Shown: piece after piece, positions 37,203 to 47,517 of the stretch | Layout: each line of letters starts with the position of its first letter | Position numbering within the stretch: position 1 is the stretch's first letter | NCBI GenBank assembly: GCA_017528085.1 | Contig: JAFXPH010000006.1 | Location: 4,376-68,375 of the forward strand | Length of the DNA: 64,000 bases | Origin: Clostridia bacterium | Lineage (GTDB): Bacteria; Bacillota; Clostridia; TANB77; CAG-508 | Reading direction: 5' to 3' | The notes under the pieces: generated by a model | Told to the model about the DNA's origin: nothing | What the model saw: the letters and a program-made list of their open reading frames with translations, nothing else | Database searches by the model: none | Position numbers and translations under genes: made by a program

Positions 37203-39020
37203 ATGGACGAAAAGGATGTAAATGAAAATTTAAACGAGACAAATGAGAATAAAGAAGAAGTAAAAGAACAAAAGAAGAAAAAGACTATATTTAAGGAGAT
37301 GTCTGAAAAAGAGCAAAACTTTATATTTAATATAATTGCTATTATAGCACTTATATTATTAAGTATAGCAGTTACACCTAAGGTGCTACAAAACGATACT
37401 TTCTACACAGTAAAAGTAGGAGAATATATAAGTCAAAATGGTATATTTAATCTAAATACAGATCCATTCTCATGGATGGATTTACCTTATACATTTCCAC
37501 ATTGGCTTTATGATTTAATGATGTATAAGATCTATAATATAGGTGGATTTGATGCTATTTATGTATCATCAATGATCTTTATATCACTTTTGTCACTTTC
37601 AATATATAAAGTATGTAAAGAAAAAACAAATAATAATTATGTAGTTTCAGCTGTACTTGCGATGCTAGCTATATATGTTCTAGAACCATATATACCTGCT
37701 AGAGCGCAACTTGTTACTTTCATTTTATTTGCTTTAACTGTTTACTTTATTGAAAGATTGTACAAAACGAATAATAAGAAATATGCTATACCACTTCTTA
37801 TTATTCCACTACTAATAACTAATTTACATTGTGCAGTATATCCATTTTACTTCATAGTATGCTTACCATATGTTGCAGAATATATTGTAGCAATAGTTGC
37901 TGAAAAGGATTTGGATAAACAAGTATTTAAATTAGTTACTAGAATTCAAAAGAAGTTTTCTAAAAAGAATAAAGAAAAGTATGATCAAAGAATTAACATT
38001 TTAAATGATGAAATATATAGAAGAAAAGTAAGAAGAGAAGAAGTAAGAAAAAATCCATATAAGATTAAGATTGAGAAGAATCCTGCAGCTAAGACTCTAA
38101 TAGTAATAGTATTAATTGCAGCATTACTTGGATTTGTTAATCCATGTGGAACTGGTGCATACACATACATTTATAAAACATATCAAGGAAATACTACTCA
38201 AAGTATAAATGAGCATTTACCTGTTACACTAATAGAATCAAGAGACTTCTTGGTAAGTTTAATAGTTATTTTATGTGTATTAATGTTTACTGATACAAAG
38301 ATAAGACTTCCAGATTTATTCTTCTTTGGTGGTTTAACATTACTTGCACTTAAATCTAGAAGACAAATTTCATTCTTCTACATATTCTGCATACCAATAG
38401 CGGCAGCTTTGATTGCAGCATTTTTAGATAAATATGATAGCAAGCTATGTAAAATCATAAAAAGATATTTCACAGACTTCTTTGGCGTAATTATATTCAC
38501 TTGTATTGTTTTAATAGTATCTATGAATATATTAAAGCCAAAACTACATATGGAATATATTGCAAAAGAATCTTATCCTGTGGAAGCAGCTGATTGGATA
38601 CTTGAAAATGTAGATTTAAGTACTGCTAAATTCTATAACGAATATAACTATGGAAGTTACTTAATACTAAGAGGAATTCCAGTATTCATAGATTCAAGAT
38701 GTGATTTATATACACCACAATTCAATTCAGATTATGATAGTGAATTTGCAGGTAAAGATATATTCTCAGATGCACTTAATATTGCAAATCAAGGAGTAGA
38801 TTATAATATTAAATTTGAAGAATATGGAGTAACACATGTTATGCTTCTATCTAATGCAAAAGTAGCAGAAGAGATGTCAAAAGATACAGGATACGAAAAG
38901 ATTTATGATGATGGTACATTTGTTATTTTCAAAAGAAAAGCAGCAAATATCGATAAATTAAAAAGCGAACTTATAACAGAAGAAAAAGATGGTGTAAGTA
39001 TAGTTAACAGTGCTAATTAA
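37203..39020 (+). CDS. large polytopic membrane protein (~12 TM + C-terminal soluble domain), possible GT-C-fold glycosyltransferase-like
   Basis: 605 aa, start overlaps previous stop (ATGATATGG); topology resembles PMT/ArnT/YfhO-type enzymes; family not assignable by eye. Confidence 0.5.
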   Translation: MDEKDVNENLNETNENKEEVKEQKKKKTIFKEMSEKEQNFIFNIIAIIALILLSIAVTPKVLQNDTFYTVKVGEYISQNGIFNLNTDPFSWMDLPYTFPHWLYDLMMYKIYNIGGFDAIYVSSMIFISLLSLSIYKVCKEKTNNNYVVSAVLAMLAIYVLEPYIPARAQLVTFILFALTVYFIERLYKTNNKKYAIPLLIIPLLITNLHCAVYPFYFIVCLPYVAEYIVAIVAEKDLDKQVFKLVTRIQKKFSKKNKEKYDQRINILNDEIYRRKVRREEVRKNPYKIKIEKNPAAKTLIVIVLIAALLGFVNPCGTGAYTYIYKTYQGNTTQSINEHLPVTLIESRDFLVSLIVILCVLMFTDTKIRLPDLFFFGGLTLLALKSRRQISFFYIFCIPIAAALIAAFLDKYDSKLCKIIKRYFTDFFGVIIFTCIVLIVSMNILKPKLHMEYIAKESYPVEAADWILENVDLSTAKFYNEYNYGSYLILRGIPVFIDSRCDLYTPQFNSDYDSEFAGKDIFSDALNIANQGVDYNIKFEEYGVTHVMLLSNAKVAEEMSKDTGYEKIYDDGTFVIFKRKAANIDKLKSELITEEKDGVSIVNSAN

Positions 39021-39031
39021 AGGAGATATTT

Positions 39032-39514
39032 ATGGATAAAGGGCTAAAGAAAAAAATAGCTATTTTTATAATAATAACAATATTACTTATTGCACTTGAT
39101 CAAATATCAAAACAAATTGTAGTTAGTAATTATGTTGAACCATATGGCAATAGTTTTATGTCATTTACTTTAACTGAAAATACAGGTATGTTTTTAGGAT
39201 TAAATGAAGGAAATTTGAGAAATATAATAATTACAATAGTTATATTATGTTTGATATTACACTTTATAATAAAACAAAACGAGATGATTGATAAAGTAGC
39301 TCTTGTAGGAGTTTCTTTAATCAATGCAGGAGCATTATCTCAGCTAATTGATAGGCTTGTAAGACACCATATTGTTGATTTTATTAAGATATGGAAATTC
39401 CCAATTTTCAATGTAGCTGATTGTATTATAGTAATTGGATGGATACTATTTGTTGTTTCAATTTTTAAAACAGCATTAACAGATAGGAGTGAACATGTTG
39501 ACAACAAAGAATAA
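39032..39514 (+). CDS. lspA: lipoprotein signal peptidase (signal peptidase II)
   Basis: NTGMFLGL and FNVADCIIVIG catalytic-region motifs, 4 TM, 160 aa. Confidence 0.85.
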   Translation: MDKGLKKKIAIFIIITILLIALDQISKQIVVSNYVEPYGNSFMSFTLTENTGMFLGLNEGNLRNIIITIVILCLILHFIIKQNEMIDKVALVGVSLINAGALSQLIDRLVRHHIVDFIKIWKFPIFNVADCIIVIGWILFVVSIFKTALTDRSEHVDNKE

Positions 39515-40253
39515 AGTCCTTGGAATCGGAATAAGTAATGTCGATATTGAGGATGCGTATAATGTTACTAAAGAACTAGTTGAAAGTAGTAATAAAACAT
39601 GTAAGATGGTATTTGCACCTAATACAGAATTTATTATGAAAGCTCAAAAAGATGAAGAATTTTATAATATATTAAACCAAGCAGATTTGGCAACACCAGA
39701 TAGCGTTGGTGTTATGCTTGCTGGAAAATTCAAAAAAGAACCTTTTAAACAAAGGATACCTGGACAAGCATACTTTAGAAGAATTTTAGCTGGTGCTGAA
39801 GAAAATAACTGGTCTATATACATTTTAGGAGGCAAAGGTGATACTCCAGATAGAGCAGTAGAAAACTTAAAGAAGATTTTTCCAAAGTTAAATGTTGTTG
39901 GATTTCATGAAGGATTCTTTGAAAAAGATTCTGAAGAAGATGTAATAAAAGAAATAAACTCTTTAGAGCCTAATATTCTATTTGTTGCAATGGGTGCACC
40001 ACTTCAAGAAAAATGGATTTATAAACACAAAGATATATTAAAAGTAGATGTTGCTGCAGGTCAAGGTGGAACTCTTGATTATGAAGCAGACAATGTAAAA
40101 AGAGCTCCTGAAGCGTTCCAAAAGATGGGGATAGAATGGCTTTGGAGACTAATAAAGCAACCATCAAGAATAGGTAGAATGATGGTGCTACCAGTATTCT
40201 TTTTAAAGATTGTTTTTACTAAAGATATTTCAAAAGGAAAATTTGATAAATAA
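39495..40253 (+). CDS. WecB/TagA/CpsF-family glycosyltransferase (TagA-like)
   Basis: ILGIGISNV..FAPNTEFIM..DSVGV..ILGGKGDT..FVAMGAPLQEKWI family signature. Confidence 0.7.
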   Translation: MLTTKNKVLGIGISNVDIEDAYNVTKELVESSNKTCKMVFAPNTEFIMKAQKDEEFYNILNQADLATPDSVGVMLAGKFKKEPFKQRIPGQAYFRRILAGAEENNWSIYILGGKGDTPDRAVENLKKIFPKLNVVGFHEGFFEKDSEEDVIKEINSLEPNILFVAMGAPLQEKWIYKHKDILKVDVAAGQGGTLDYEADNVKRAPEAFQKMGIEWLWRLIKQPSRIGRMMVLPVFFLKIVFTKDISKGKFDK

Positions 40254-40263
40254 GGAAAACAAT

Positions 40264-41175
40264 ATGAAAGAGTTTGAATTTGAAGTAAAAGATGAAAATG
40301 TGTCTGACAGAATAGACAAATACATATCTTCAAAAAATGAAGATATATCTAGAGTTATGGTACAAAGGCTAATAGATGAAGGAAATATTTTAGTTAATGG
40401 AAAGGAAACTAAAGCAAGTTATAAAGTTCAAATAGGAGACAAGATTTTAGTTAAAATCGAAGATCCAAAACCAACTGAGTTAGTTCCTCAAGAAATACCA
40501 CTAGATGTTGTTTATGAAGATGATGATATATTAGTTATCAATAAGCAAAAAGGTCTTGTTGTTCATCCTGGAAATGGTAATCAAGATGGCACTTTGGTTA
40601 ATGCAATTTTAGCAAGATGCAAAGATTCATTATCAGGAATAGGTGGAGAAATAAGACCAGGAATAGTCCATAGAATTGATAAAGATACATCAGGGCTATT
40701 AATAGTTGCTAAAAATGATAAAGCTCATATTAACATGAGTAATCAAATTAAAGAACACAAAGTTAAAAAGACATATTTAGCATTAGTTAGAGGTGTTATT
40801 AAAGAAAATTTTGCCACAATTAATATGCCAATAGCTAGATCTACTAAAGATAGAGTTAAGATGGCAGTTGATAAGAATGGAAAAGAAGCAGTAACACATA
40901 TTAAAGTATTAGAAAGATTCAATGGATATACATTTATAGAAGTAAATATTGAGACAGGAAGAACTCATCAAATTAGAGTTCATATGGCTCAAATAGGATA
41001 TCCACTAGTTGGAGATTTTGTTTATTCAAATGGAAAGAATCCATTTGGAGTAGAAGGCCAGATGCTTCATAGCTACAAGCTAGAATTTGAGCATCCAATT
41101 ACAGGAAAGAAAATGGAACTTACAGCAGACCTTCCAAAGTATTTTAAAGATGTATTAGAAGAATTAAGAAGATAG
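40264..41175 (+). CDS. rluD: 23S rRNA pseudouridine synthase, RluA family (RluD-like)
   Basis: S4 domain N-term, HRIDKDTSGLL catalytic motif; RBS AAGGAAAA before ATG 40264. Confidence 0.85.
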   Translation: MKEFEFEVKDENVSDRIDKYISSKNEDISRVMVQRLIDEGNILVNGKETKASYKVQIGDKILVKIEDPKPTELVPQEIPLDVVYEDDDILVINKQKGLVVHPGNGNQDGTLVNAILARCKDSLSGIGGEIRPGIVHRIDKDTSGLLIVAKNDKAHINMSNQIKEHKVKKTYLALVRGVIKENFATINMPIARSTKDRVKMAVDKNGKEAVTHIKVLERFNGYTFIEVNIETGRTHQIRVHMAQIGYPLVGDFVYSNGKNPFGVEGQMLHSYKLEFEHPITGKKMELTADLPKYFKDVLEELRR

Positions 41176-41185
41176 AGAGGATGTT

Positions 41186-41746
41186 ATGAAAGAAGTTAAT
41201 ATAAAGAAAGTAGCTCATTTATATAGATTACTATTCCTTCTTTTATTCATATTTGTAACTACAATTTGTAATACTACAGTTAAAGTAGTTTCAGATGGAT
41301 ATTTTATAAGGATACTTGATTACATAATTGCATTTGGAATCTTTTCAGCACTTATACCATTTATATTCTTTAAGAAAAAAGCAATAGATTCTGAAAGTAT
41401 TAAAGATTTTAATAAAATGTGTATAGCATTTGTTGCAATAATCCTTACACTTAATTTCTTAATTAATATTTTGGTTCAAGCATATAGTTTTGATCATTAT
41501 GTTGAAGTTACTGATAACTTAAGAAAAGTAAGTCAGGGTGTAGAAAATTCATTTTACTATAGAAATAGTGGCCTAATAGAGAATTCTGTTATAGATAGGC
41601 AAATAGGTGGAGAAATGTATGATTTTAACTACGCAGTTATAACTATTTGTGAGATTTGTATGTCTGTTTTATTTATAAATTTAATTCAAAAGAAAATAAT
41701 AATTAAGTTAACAAATAATCAGGATAAGAAAGAAAATGGAGAATAA
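41186..41746 (+). CDS. membrane protein, unknown function (4 TM)
   Basis: ORF with RBS AGAGGATG; hydrophobic helices. Confidence 0.45.
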   Translation: MKEVNIKKVAHLYRLLFLLLFIFVTTICNTTVKVVSDGYFIRILDYIIAFGIFSALIPFIFFKKKAIDSESIKDFNKMCIAFVAIILTLNFLINILVQAYSFDHYVEVTDNLRKVSQGVENSFYYRNSGLIENSVIDRQIGGEMYDFNYAVITICEICMSVLFINLIQKKIIIKLTNNQDKKENGE

Positions 41747-42473
41747 TGAAAAAGAAATCCGTCTTCAAAAATTTTTAGCAAATTCTGGAGTAGCTTCAAG
41801 AAGAAAATCAGAAGAGCTAATTTTAGAAGGAAGAGTTAAGGTAAACGGAAAAGTTGTTACTGAACTTGGTACTAAAGTTAATCCAGAAGATGAAGTAATT
41901 TGTGACGGAAAAAAAGTTGAACTTAATAAGGAAGGATATATTTATATTCTTCTAAACAAGCCAATTGGATATGTAACTTCAAGTCATGATCAGTTCGGCA
42001 GGGACGATATTCTTGATTTAGTTAAAGTTAAAGAAAGAGTAGTCAGTGTTGGACGATTAGACATGTACACATCTGGAGCAATAATTTTAACAAATGATGG
42101 AGATTTTGTGTATAAAGTTACTCATCCAAAGCATGAAATTGTGAAAACTTATCAAGTAACTGTAAAAGGAAAAGTTACTGATGAAGATATAGATAGCTTA
42201 AAAAATGGTGTCATTATAGATGATAATTATTTAACTAAAGAAGCTGATGCAAGAATAATGAAAATAGATGAAGAAAAGAATATTTCTAGAATTGAAATAA
42301 AGATTCATGAAGGTAGAAATAGACAAGTTAGAAAAATGTGTGAAGCAATTGGAAAAAAGGTAATTGCACTTCATCGTTCAAAAATAGGTAGTGTAGGAGT
42401 AAAAGACTTACCTATTGGAAAGTGGAGATATTTAAAAGAATATGAGGTAAAAAATATACTAGAGGGTAAATGA
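41736..42473 (+). CDS. rluB: rRNA pseudouridine synthase, RsuA/RluB family
   Basis: S4 domain (RLQKFLANSGVASRR), GRLDMYTSGAIILTNDG catalytic Asp motif. Confidence 0.85.
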   Translation: MENNEKEIRLQKFLANSGVASRRKSEELILEGRVKVNGKVVTELGTKVNPEDEVICDGKKVELNKEGYIYILLNKPIGYVTSSHDQFGRDDILDLVKVKERVVSVGRLDMYTSGAIILTNDGDFVYKVTHPKHEIVKTYQVTVKGKVTDEDIDSLKNGVIIDDNYLTKEADARIMKIDEEKNISRIEIKIHEGRNRQVRKMCEAIGKKVIALHRSKIGSVGVKDLPIGKWRYLKEYEVKNILEGK

Positions 42474-42501
42474 TAAATAAAGTACTAAAGAGGAGAAAAA
42501 T

Positions 42502-43305
42502 ATGGAATATCAAAAGTTTATTCCTGAAGGATGGGTTGAAACAAAAGAAGAATTTAATATTGATGGACTAAAGACTGCATTAGAAAACAAAGATGTAATC
42601 CAAGGATATGTTACATCATGCGATAACAATTATAATTTGCATGTAGATCTTGGTAATAATATTAAAGGTGTTATTCCTCGAAATGAAGTAGATGCAATTA
42701 ATAGTGATGAATATGGCTTTTGTAAGCCTAACTTATGCGTTAATAAAGTTAATTCTTTTGTTCAATTTAAAGTAAAAGAAATATATGATAATAACAATGT
42801 TATTTTATCACGTAAAGAGGTTGGAACAGATGCACTTAATTGGGTAAAAACATCACTAGAACCCCATACTGTAATCAATGGTATAGTAAAGAATATTAGA
42901 AAATATGGAGTGTTTGTTGAGATAGGTGGAGGTATGGTAGGCTTGCTACATATCGAAGATATATCTGTTTCAAGAATGAAAACTCCAGAAGAAAGATTCC
43001 AAGTTGGACAAAAAATTCAGGTTATGATAAAATCAATTGACAAAGAAACTGGAAGAATAATTCTTTCTTACAAAGAGTTACTAGGTGACTGGGATGAGAA
43101 CATCAAAAGCTTTAAAGAAAAGATGATTGTTCCGGGAATAATAAAAGAAGCAGATAAATATAAAAATGGTATATTTATTGAACTTAAACCTAATTTGGTT
43201 GGACTTGCTGAATACAAAGAAGGCTTCTCATATGGAGAAAAAGTAAATGTATTCATCAAGAAAATCGTTAAAGATAAAAAGAAAATTAAATTAGTTATTG
43301 TATAG
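42502..43305 (+). CDS. RNA-binding protein with two S1 domains
   Basis: two ~70-aa S1-like OB segments (GYVTS..., GIVKNIRKYGVFVEIGGGMVGLLHISD-like). Confidence 0.65.
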   Translation: MEYQKFIPEGWVETKEEFNIDGLKTALENKDVIQGYVTSCDNNYNLHVDLGNNIKGVIPRNEVDAINSDEYGFCKPNLCVNKVNSFVQFKVKEIYDNNNVILSRKEVGTDALNWVKTSLEPHTVINGIVKNIRKYGVFVEIGGGMVGLLHIEDISVSRMKTPEERFQVGQKIQVMIKSIDKETGRIILSYKELLGDWDENIKSFKEKMIVPGIIKEADKYKNGIFIELKPNLVGLAEYKEGFSYGEKVNVFIKKIVKDKKKIKLVIV

Positions 43306-44254
43306 GAGGATTTTAGAAGTGGTTGAAGATGAAGATATTAAAACTACGGTATCACCATTCGCTATTAGAGAAGGTGAAATTAAGACATTTGATGGTAAAG
43401 ACGGCTACGTTTCTATCAATCAAATAATTCACAAAATTAATTTGGGACACATCAATGAGGTTCATTTTGCAATATTAGATATTGTTAATGAATTTGAGTT
43501 TGTTACATCAAGACAAATATTCCAATTATTACAACTTAGAGGAGTTGAAATTAAATCTCAAGATAAATTGAATATTAAACTTGAGCAATTAGTTAAAACA
43601 AAGATACTTACAAGATATTACTTTACATCTGAAGAGGGTAAAGGAATCTATAGAATATATTGTATGGAAAAGATGGGTAAATATTTACTAAATTCTAAAG
43701 AAGTTGAATGTAAATGGCAACCAACAGACAATATTAAACCAGTTCCATTAATTAAGAAAAGATTGGCTGGAAACCAAGTATTACTTGCTTACATGAGAAA
43801 AGCAAAAGCTTATTCACAAGTTATAGTAAAACCACAAATAACAGCTAAGATGGCAGGAAAATCATTCAAGTGTCATGGTAAAGTTACTTTAGAGAAAGCT
43901 GGAAAATCAATCGATTTAATATTTGAATGTGTTAGAAGAGAAGATGATTGGCAAACAAAATTTGTTGATAGAATGAGATTATATGCTGATTTCTATAATA
44001 ACTTTGTTAAATTTGATTCAGGATTTAATACAATGCCTCAACTTATTTTAGTATGTGAAGATAAAAACCATATGGCAGAATGCTATGTTGAAATTGTTAA
44101 AGCTAAAGTAGAATTTAAGAAATTAAAACTATACTTTACAACAGATTTAGATCAAAACTCTACATCATTAAAGAAATCATTATATGAATTCGTTAAAGAT
44201 GAAGCAACAGGAAAGGTTAAGACAAACAACATAGAGCTTAATATTTTAGGATAA
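43298..44254 (+). CDS. replication-relaxation (Replic_Relax)-family-like wHTH protein
   Basis: N-terminal pattern HFAILDIVNEFEFVTSRQIFQLL matches the conserved wHTH of replication-relaxation proteins as I recall it; start overlaps previous gene. Confidence 0.4.
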   Translation: MYRRILEVVEDEDIKTTVSPFAIREGEIKTFDGKDGYVSINQIIHKINLGHINEVHFAILDIVNEFEFVTSRQIFQLLQLRGVEIKSQDKLNIKLEQLVKTKILTRYYFTSEEGKGIYRIYCMEKMGKYLLNSKEVECKWQPTDNIKPVPLIKKRLAGNQVLLAYMRKAKAYSQVIVKPQITAKMAGKSFKCHGKVTLEKAGKSIDLIFECVRREDDWQTKFVDRMRLYADFYNNFVKFDSGFNTMPQLILVCEDKNHMAECYVEIVKAKVEFKKLKLYFTTDLDQNSTSLKKSLYEFVKDEATGKVKTNNIELNILG

Positions 44255-44259
44255 TAAAA

Positions 44260-44292
44260 AGGAGAGGAATAGGGAAGCTATTCCTCTTTTTT
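44260..44292 (+). terminator. rho-independent terminator
   Basis: AGAGGAATAG-GGAAGC-TATTCCTCT hairpin + T6. Confidence 0.75.
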
Positions 44293-44301
44293 GGAGGATA
44301 T

Positions 44302-44670
44302 ATGAAAAGGAAAACTTTTTTGGAAATAATGATAATTATTTGTGTAATACTTGCATTTTATACTGTGAGTGAAAAGGCACAAGTTGTGAATTTAATGAAT
44401 AGAGGATACTATCCACTAATTGATGTTATGAGATACTATGGATATAATTCTACTGGCCTTTATGAATTCAAAAAAGGTGATGACATAGTTAAATTTGAAC
44501 AAAGTACAAAAACTCTAATAGTTAATAATGATAAGTATGTATTATCAGAAGAAGAATTTCTTTTAGGCAAAAACATGATATATTTATCAAATAGTGTCTA
44601 TATGAGAGCATTTGGAATCTCTGTAGATAATGATGGAACAACTATGGACATTGTTCAAGTAGATACTTAA
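44302..44670 (+). CDS. small secreted/anchored protein (122 aa), unknown
   Basis: GGAGGA RBS; N-terminal hydrophobic signal/anchor. Confidence 0.45.
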   Translation: MKRKTFLEIMIIICVILAFYTVSEKAQVVNLMNRGYYPLIDVMRYYGYNSTGLYEFKKGDDIVKFEQSTKTLIVNNDKYVLSEEEFLLGKNMIYLSNSVYMRAFGISVDNDGTTMDIVQVDT

Positions 44671-44671
44671 A

Positions 44672-44715
44672 TAAAAACAAAAAAGCGACTACATTAAGTA
44701 GTCGCTTTTAATTTT
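44672..44715. terminator. bidirectional rho-independent terminator
   Basis: AAAGCGACTAC-ATTAA-GTAGTCGCTTT hairpin between convergent genes. Confidence 0.75.
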
Positions 44716-44717
44716 TA

Positions 44718-47096
44718 TTATTGTTTTTTGTTATGTTTGATGCTGCTATCATTTTTGTTTTTTCTCATATCGATGATTGCATCTTGATCATCAGCATCAT
44801 ATACCATATCATGCGTTCTAGTTTGAATTGGATTAATAGAATGCATTTCATCTTCTGGTAAGTTATCGAAGTCTATATTTGAATAATTAAACTTAGATGA
44901 TAATTTTTTAGCTTCGTTTTCTTCTTTCTTTTCAATTCCTCCAGCAAACTTAGCAAAGTTAAATGTTCTAATTTTTTGTTTTTGTTTATATTTGCTTTCA
45001 AGGAAATCAAGTTTTGCTTGACCAACAAGCATCTTACCATTAACATCTCTTGTCTTGTATATACAAGCTTTAAATTTAAGTGAGTTAATTTTACCCATCT
45101 TAAAGTTTTCTTTCCAAGCCCAAGATATTGATTTATATGTTGTATCGTATTCACCTTTATCTGTTTTATAGTCGTTAGTGAATTTCCACTCTCTCTTATC
45201 ACCAAACTCTTTTTGCCACCATTCGTTATCTTCTGGAGTGTTATTACCAAATACGATTTTTGTAGAACAGTTAGCTAGAATTGTTTGTCTGAAGTTATAA
45301 TCATTGTTTACACCAAATTGTGATAAGTTTTGTGCAGATATAATTGTACCAACTCTATACTTTCTATATAGTGTGAATATATCTTCTGTTGCTCTACATA
45401 CATATGGTGGGAATTCATCAATGTATAAGAAGTGAGGGATTCTTGTCTTTTCTGTACCTGGTCTAGTTAATACTGAGTATTGCATTAATAGTAAGAAGAA
45501 TAGACCAAATGCTTTATGAATTGATGCTCCTAAGTCTCCACGTCTTGTACATAATAGTATGATTTCACCATTTGCTAAAGCTTTATCATAATTTAAGTTT
45601 TCATGTCTATTACATAGAATATTCTTTACTCCAGGATATCTTAATAGATTTTCAAGTTGAGCAATTGTAGGTTGTAAACATTTTTCTGTTTCTGCTCTTC
45701 CAGAACCATCTTTAAAGAAGTTTTTCTTGAAGTAATTTATTTGATATTTATATTTCTCAGTCAAGTCTTCATGTTCTTGAAGCTGAGCAACCATTTTTTC
45801 AACATTATCAAAGTTATTAATTAATTCTAGTAAATCTTCTAGAGTAGGTAGGTCACCTGAGTGTTCTCTAGGATATAATTCTTTAAGTACTAATACTAAG
45901 TTTTCAACTGCTTGACTAGAAATGTTTTGCATATATGCTTGATCTACAGTTACGTTTCTAGTTAAGTTTATATCTGTATCATACAATCTCTTTAATACTG
46001 ATGAAATTGCAATAGATGTTTTAACTGGGTCTGTGAATATAAATGGGTTTAGTCCAACAGAATTTGTTGAATCATTTGGATCTATTAATTTATATTTGAA
46101 ACCAAAGTTTGTACATACATCTTTTATATGTTCAATTGACTCTATATCTGGAGCCATATATGTTATACCTAAATCTTTAAATGTTGACTTGTTTCCGTTG
46201 TATGAGTACATTAACTTTTTAAAGAAAGATTGGAAAACTTTTTCTTTGTTGTTCCCTGGTGATAACATGTTAAGTGAAAAATTATCATTAATATATTCAT
46301 TTGAATATGGACTATTAAGAATTGCAACACCAGCTTTTAATGCTGTATAACCCATCTCTTTAGCTGACTCTTTAAAGAAGTGCTTTCTTTCAATATCTCT
46401 AGCAATCATTGGTTCGAATACCATTGATGTTTTACCTGAACCAGATACACCAACAACTAACATTGATTCGAATCTTCTTGATTCAGGAATCTTAATTGTT
46501 GTACCAAATTCTTTATCTCTACATAAGTATATCTCACAAGAGAATGGTCCAACGAATTCGCTCTTTTTATTTATATTAATTCCACCATAATCAAATATTG
46601 AGTCTCTTAAATCCTTTGTATCATCAACGAATGTGTATAACCATTTAAATAGTGGATAGAATGATATGATTGGTACATACCAAGCGAATGATGATAATGC
46701 TGGATGAATTAAGTAATCAAATGAAGTTATAACATACTTGTAATTAGGTACCATAAATAAAAGCGTCCAGCTTAATTTGTTTACCCATTGAATAACCATT
46801 GATGCTAACATTATATATAGAGATATTGTATATATGTAGAAGAATTGTAGTTTGATTTTATCATCAGTTACGAATTTAGATCCACCTGATAGATAGAATG
46901 CAGCTACGGGAACAGCCATTGCTATAGTGTACTTAATAGGTCCCCAATAATCTACGGATATACCTGTAAAGCCTATCAATAATATTTCAACAAATCTGTC
47001 TATTACGACATAGAACGCCATTAATGTAAATAAATATGTAAAGAATGTGTTTCTGTCGGTTTTTAACTTCTTTAAGAACTTATCTAAAATATTCAT
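44718..47096 (-). CDS. membrane-anchored P-loop ATPase resembling type IV secretion coupling protein (VirD4/TraG/TraD-like)
   Basis: 792 aa; ~4 N-terminal TM helices; Walker A VVGVSGSGKTS, Walker-B-like LYIDEF, downstream IISAQNLSQF (T4CP/FtsK-like Q motif). Confidence 0.5.
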   Translation of the reverse strand: MNILDKFLKKLKTDRNTFFTYLFTLMAFYVVIDRFVEILLIGFTGISVDYWGPIKYTIAMAVPVAAFYLSGGSKFVTDDKIKLQFFYIYTISLYIMLASMVIQWVNKLSWTLLFMVPNYKYVITSFDYLIHPALSSFAWYVPIISFYPLFKWLYTFVDDTKDLRDSIFDYGGININKKSEFVGPFSCEIYLCRDKEFGTTIKIPESRRFESMLVVGVSGSGKTSMVFEPMIARDIERKHFFKESAKEMGYTALKAGVAILNSPYSNEYINDNFSLNMLSPGNNKEKVFQSFFKKLMYSYNGNKSTFKDLGITYMAPDIESIEHIKDVCTNFGFKYKLIDPNDSTNSVGLNPFIFTDPVKTSIAISSVLKRLYDTDINLTRNVTVDQAYMQNISSQAVENLVLVLKELYPREHSGDLPTLEDLLELINNFDNVEKMVAQLQEHEDLTEKYKYQINYFKKNFFKDGSGRAETEKCLQPTIAQLENLLRYPGVKNILCNRHENLNYDKALANGEIILLCTRRGDLGASIHKAFGLFFLLLMQYSVLTRPGTEKTRIPHFLYIDEFPPYVCRATEDIFTLYRKYRVGTIISAQNLSQFGVNNDYNFRQTILANCSTKIVFGNNTPEDNEWWQKEFGDKREWKFTNDYKTDKGEYDTTYKSISWAWKENFKMGKINSLKFKACIYKTRDVNGKMLVGQAKLDFLESKYKQKQKIRTFNFAKFAGGIEKKEENEAKKLSSKFNYSNIDFDNLPEDEMHSINPIQTRTHDMVYDADDQDAIIDMRKNKNDSSIKHNKKQ

Positions 47097-47517
47097 ATTC
47101 CACCGCTTTCTTAAAAATAATATTCTTATCTATATTATGCTACAAAATCGGAAAAAAAACAAGTATTTTTAGCAAAAAATAGCTAGTTTTCATAATTTTT
47201 TACACATTTTTTTGCCATTATTAATTACATTATATATAAATAAAATAAAATGATTTTTAGAAATTTTAAAAATATTACAAAAATAATACAAAAAAATTAA
47301 AAATTTTTGAAAAAAGTTCAACTCTAGTTAAAGGGGCGAACGCCTTGGGAATAAAAGAATACAAAAGACGAAAACCTTATACATATTGAAAAATAAATAA
47401 AGAAAAATAAAAAAAAAGAAGGAAAAAAATCTAATGTGTCGAATAGATTAATTGTAGAACAAAAAAATATAGAAGCTTCTACAATAATATACTTAATTCT
47501 ATTAGGAGGTAATTAGA

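Noticed and set aside
47300-47360. Small GC-containing element GTTCAACTCTAGTTAAAGGGGCGAACGCCTTGGG in the AT-rich intergenic region, considered as a possible sRNA or tRNA fragment
   Set aside because: It forms only a 4-bp GGCG/CGCC stem. It has no cloverleaf and no terminator, so there is insufficient structure to call an RNA gene.
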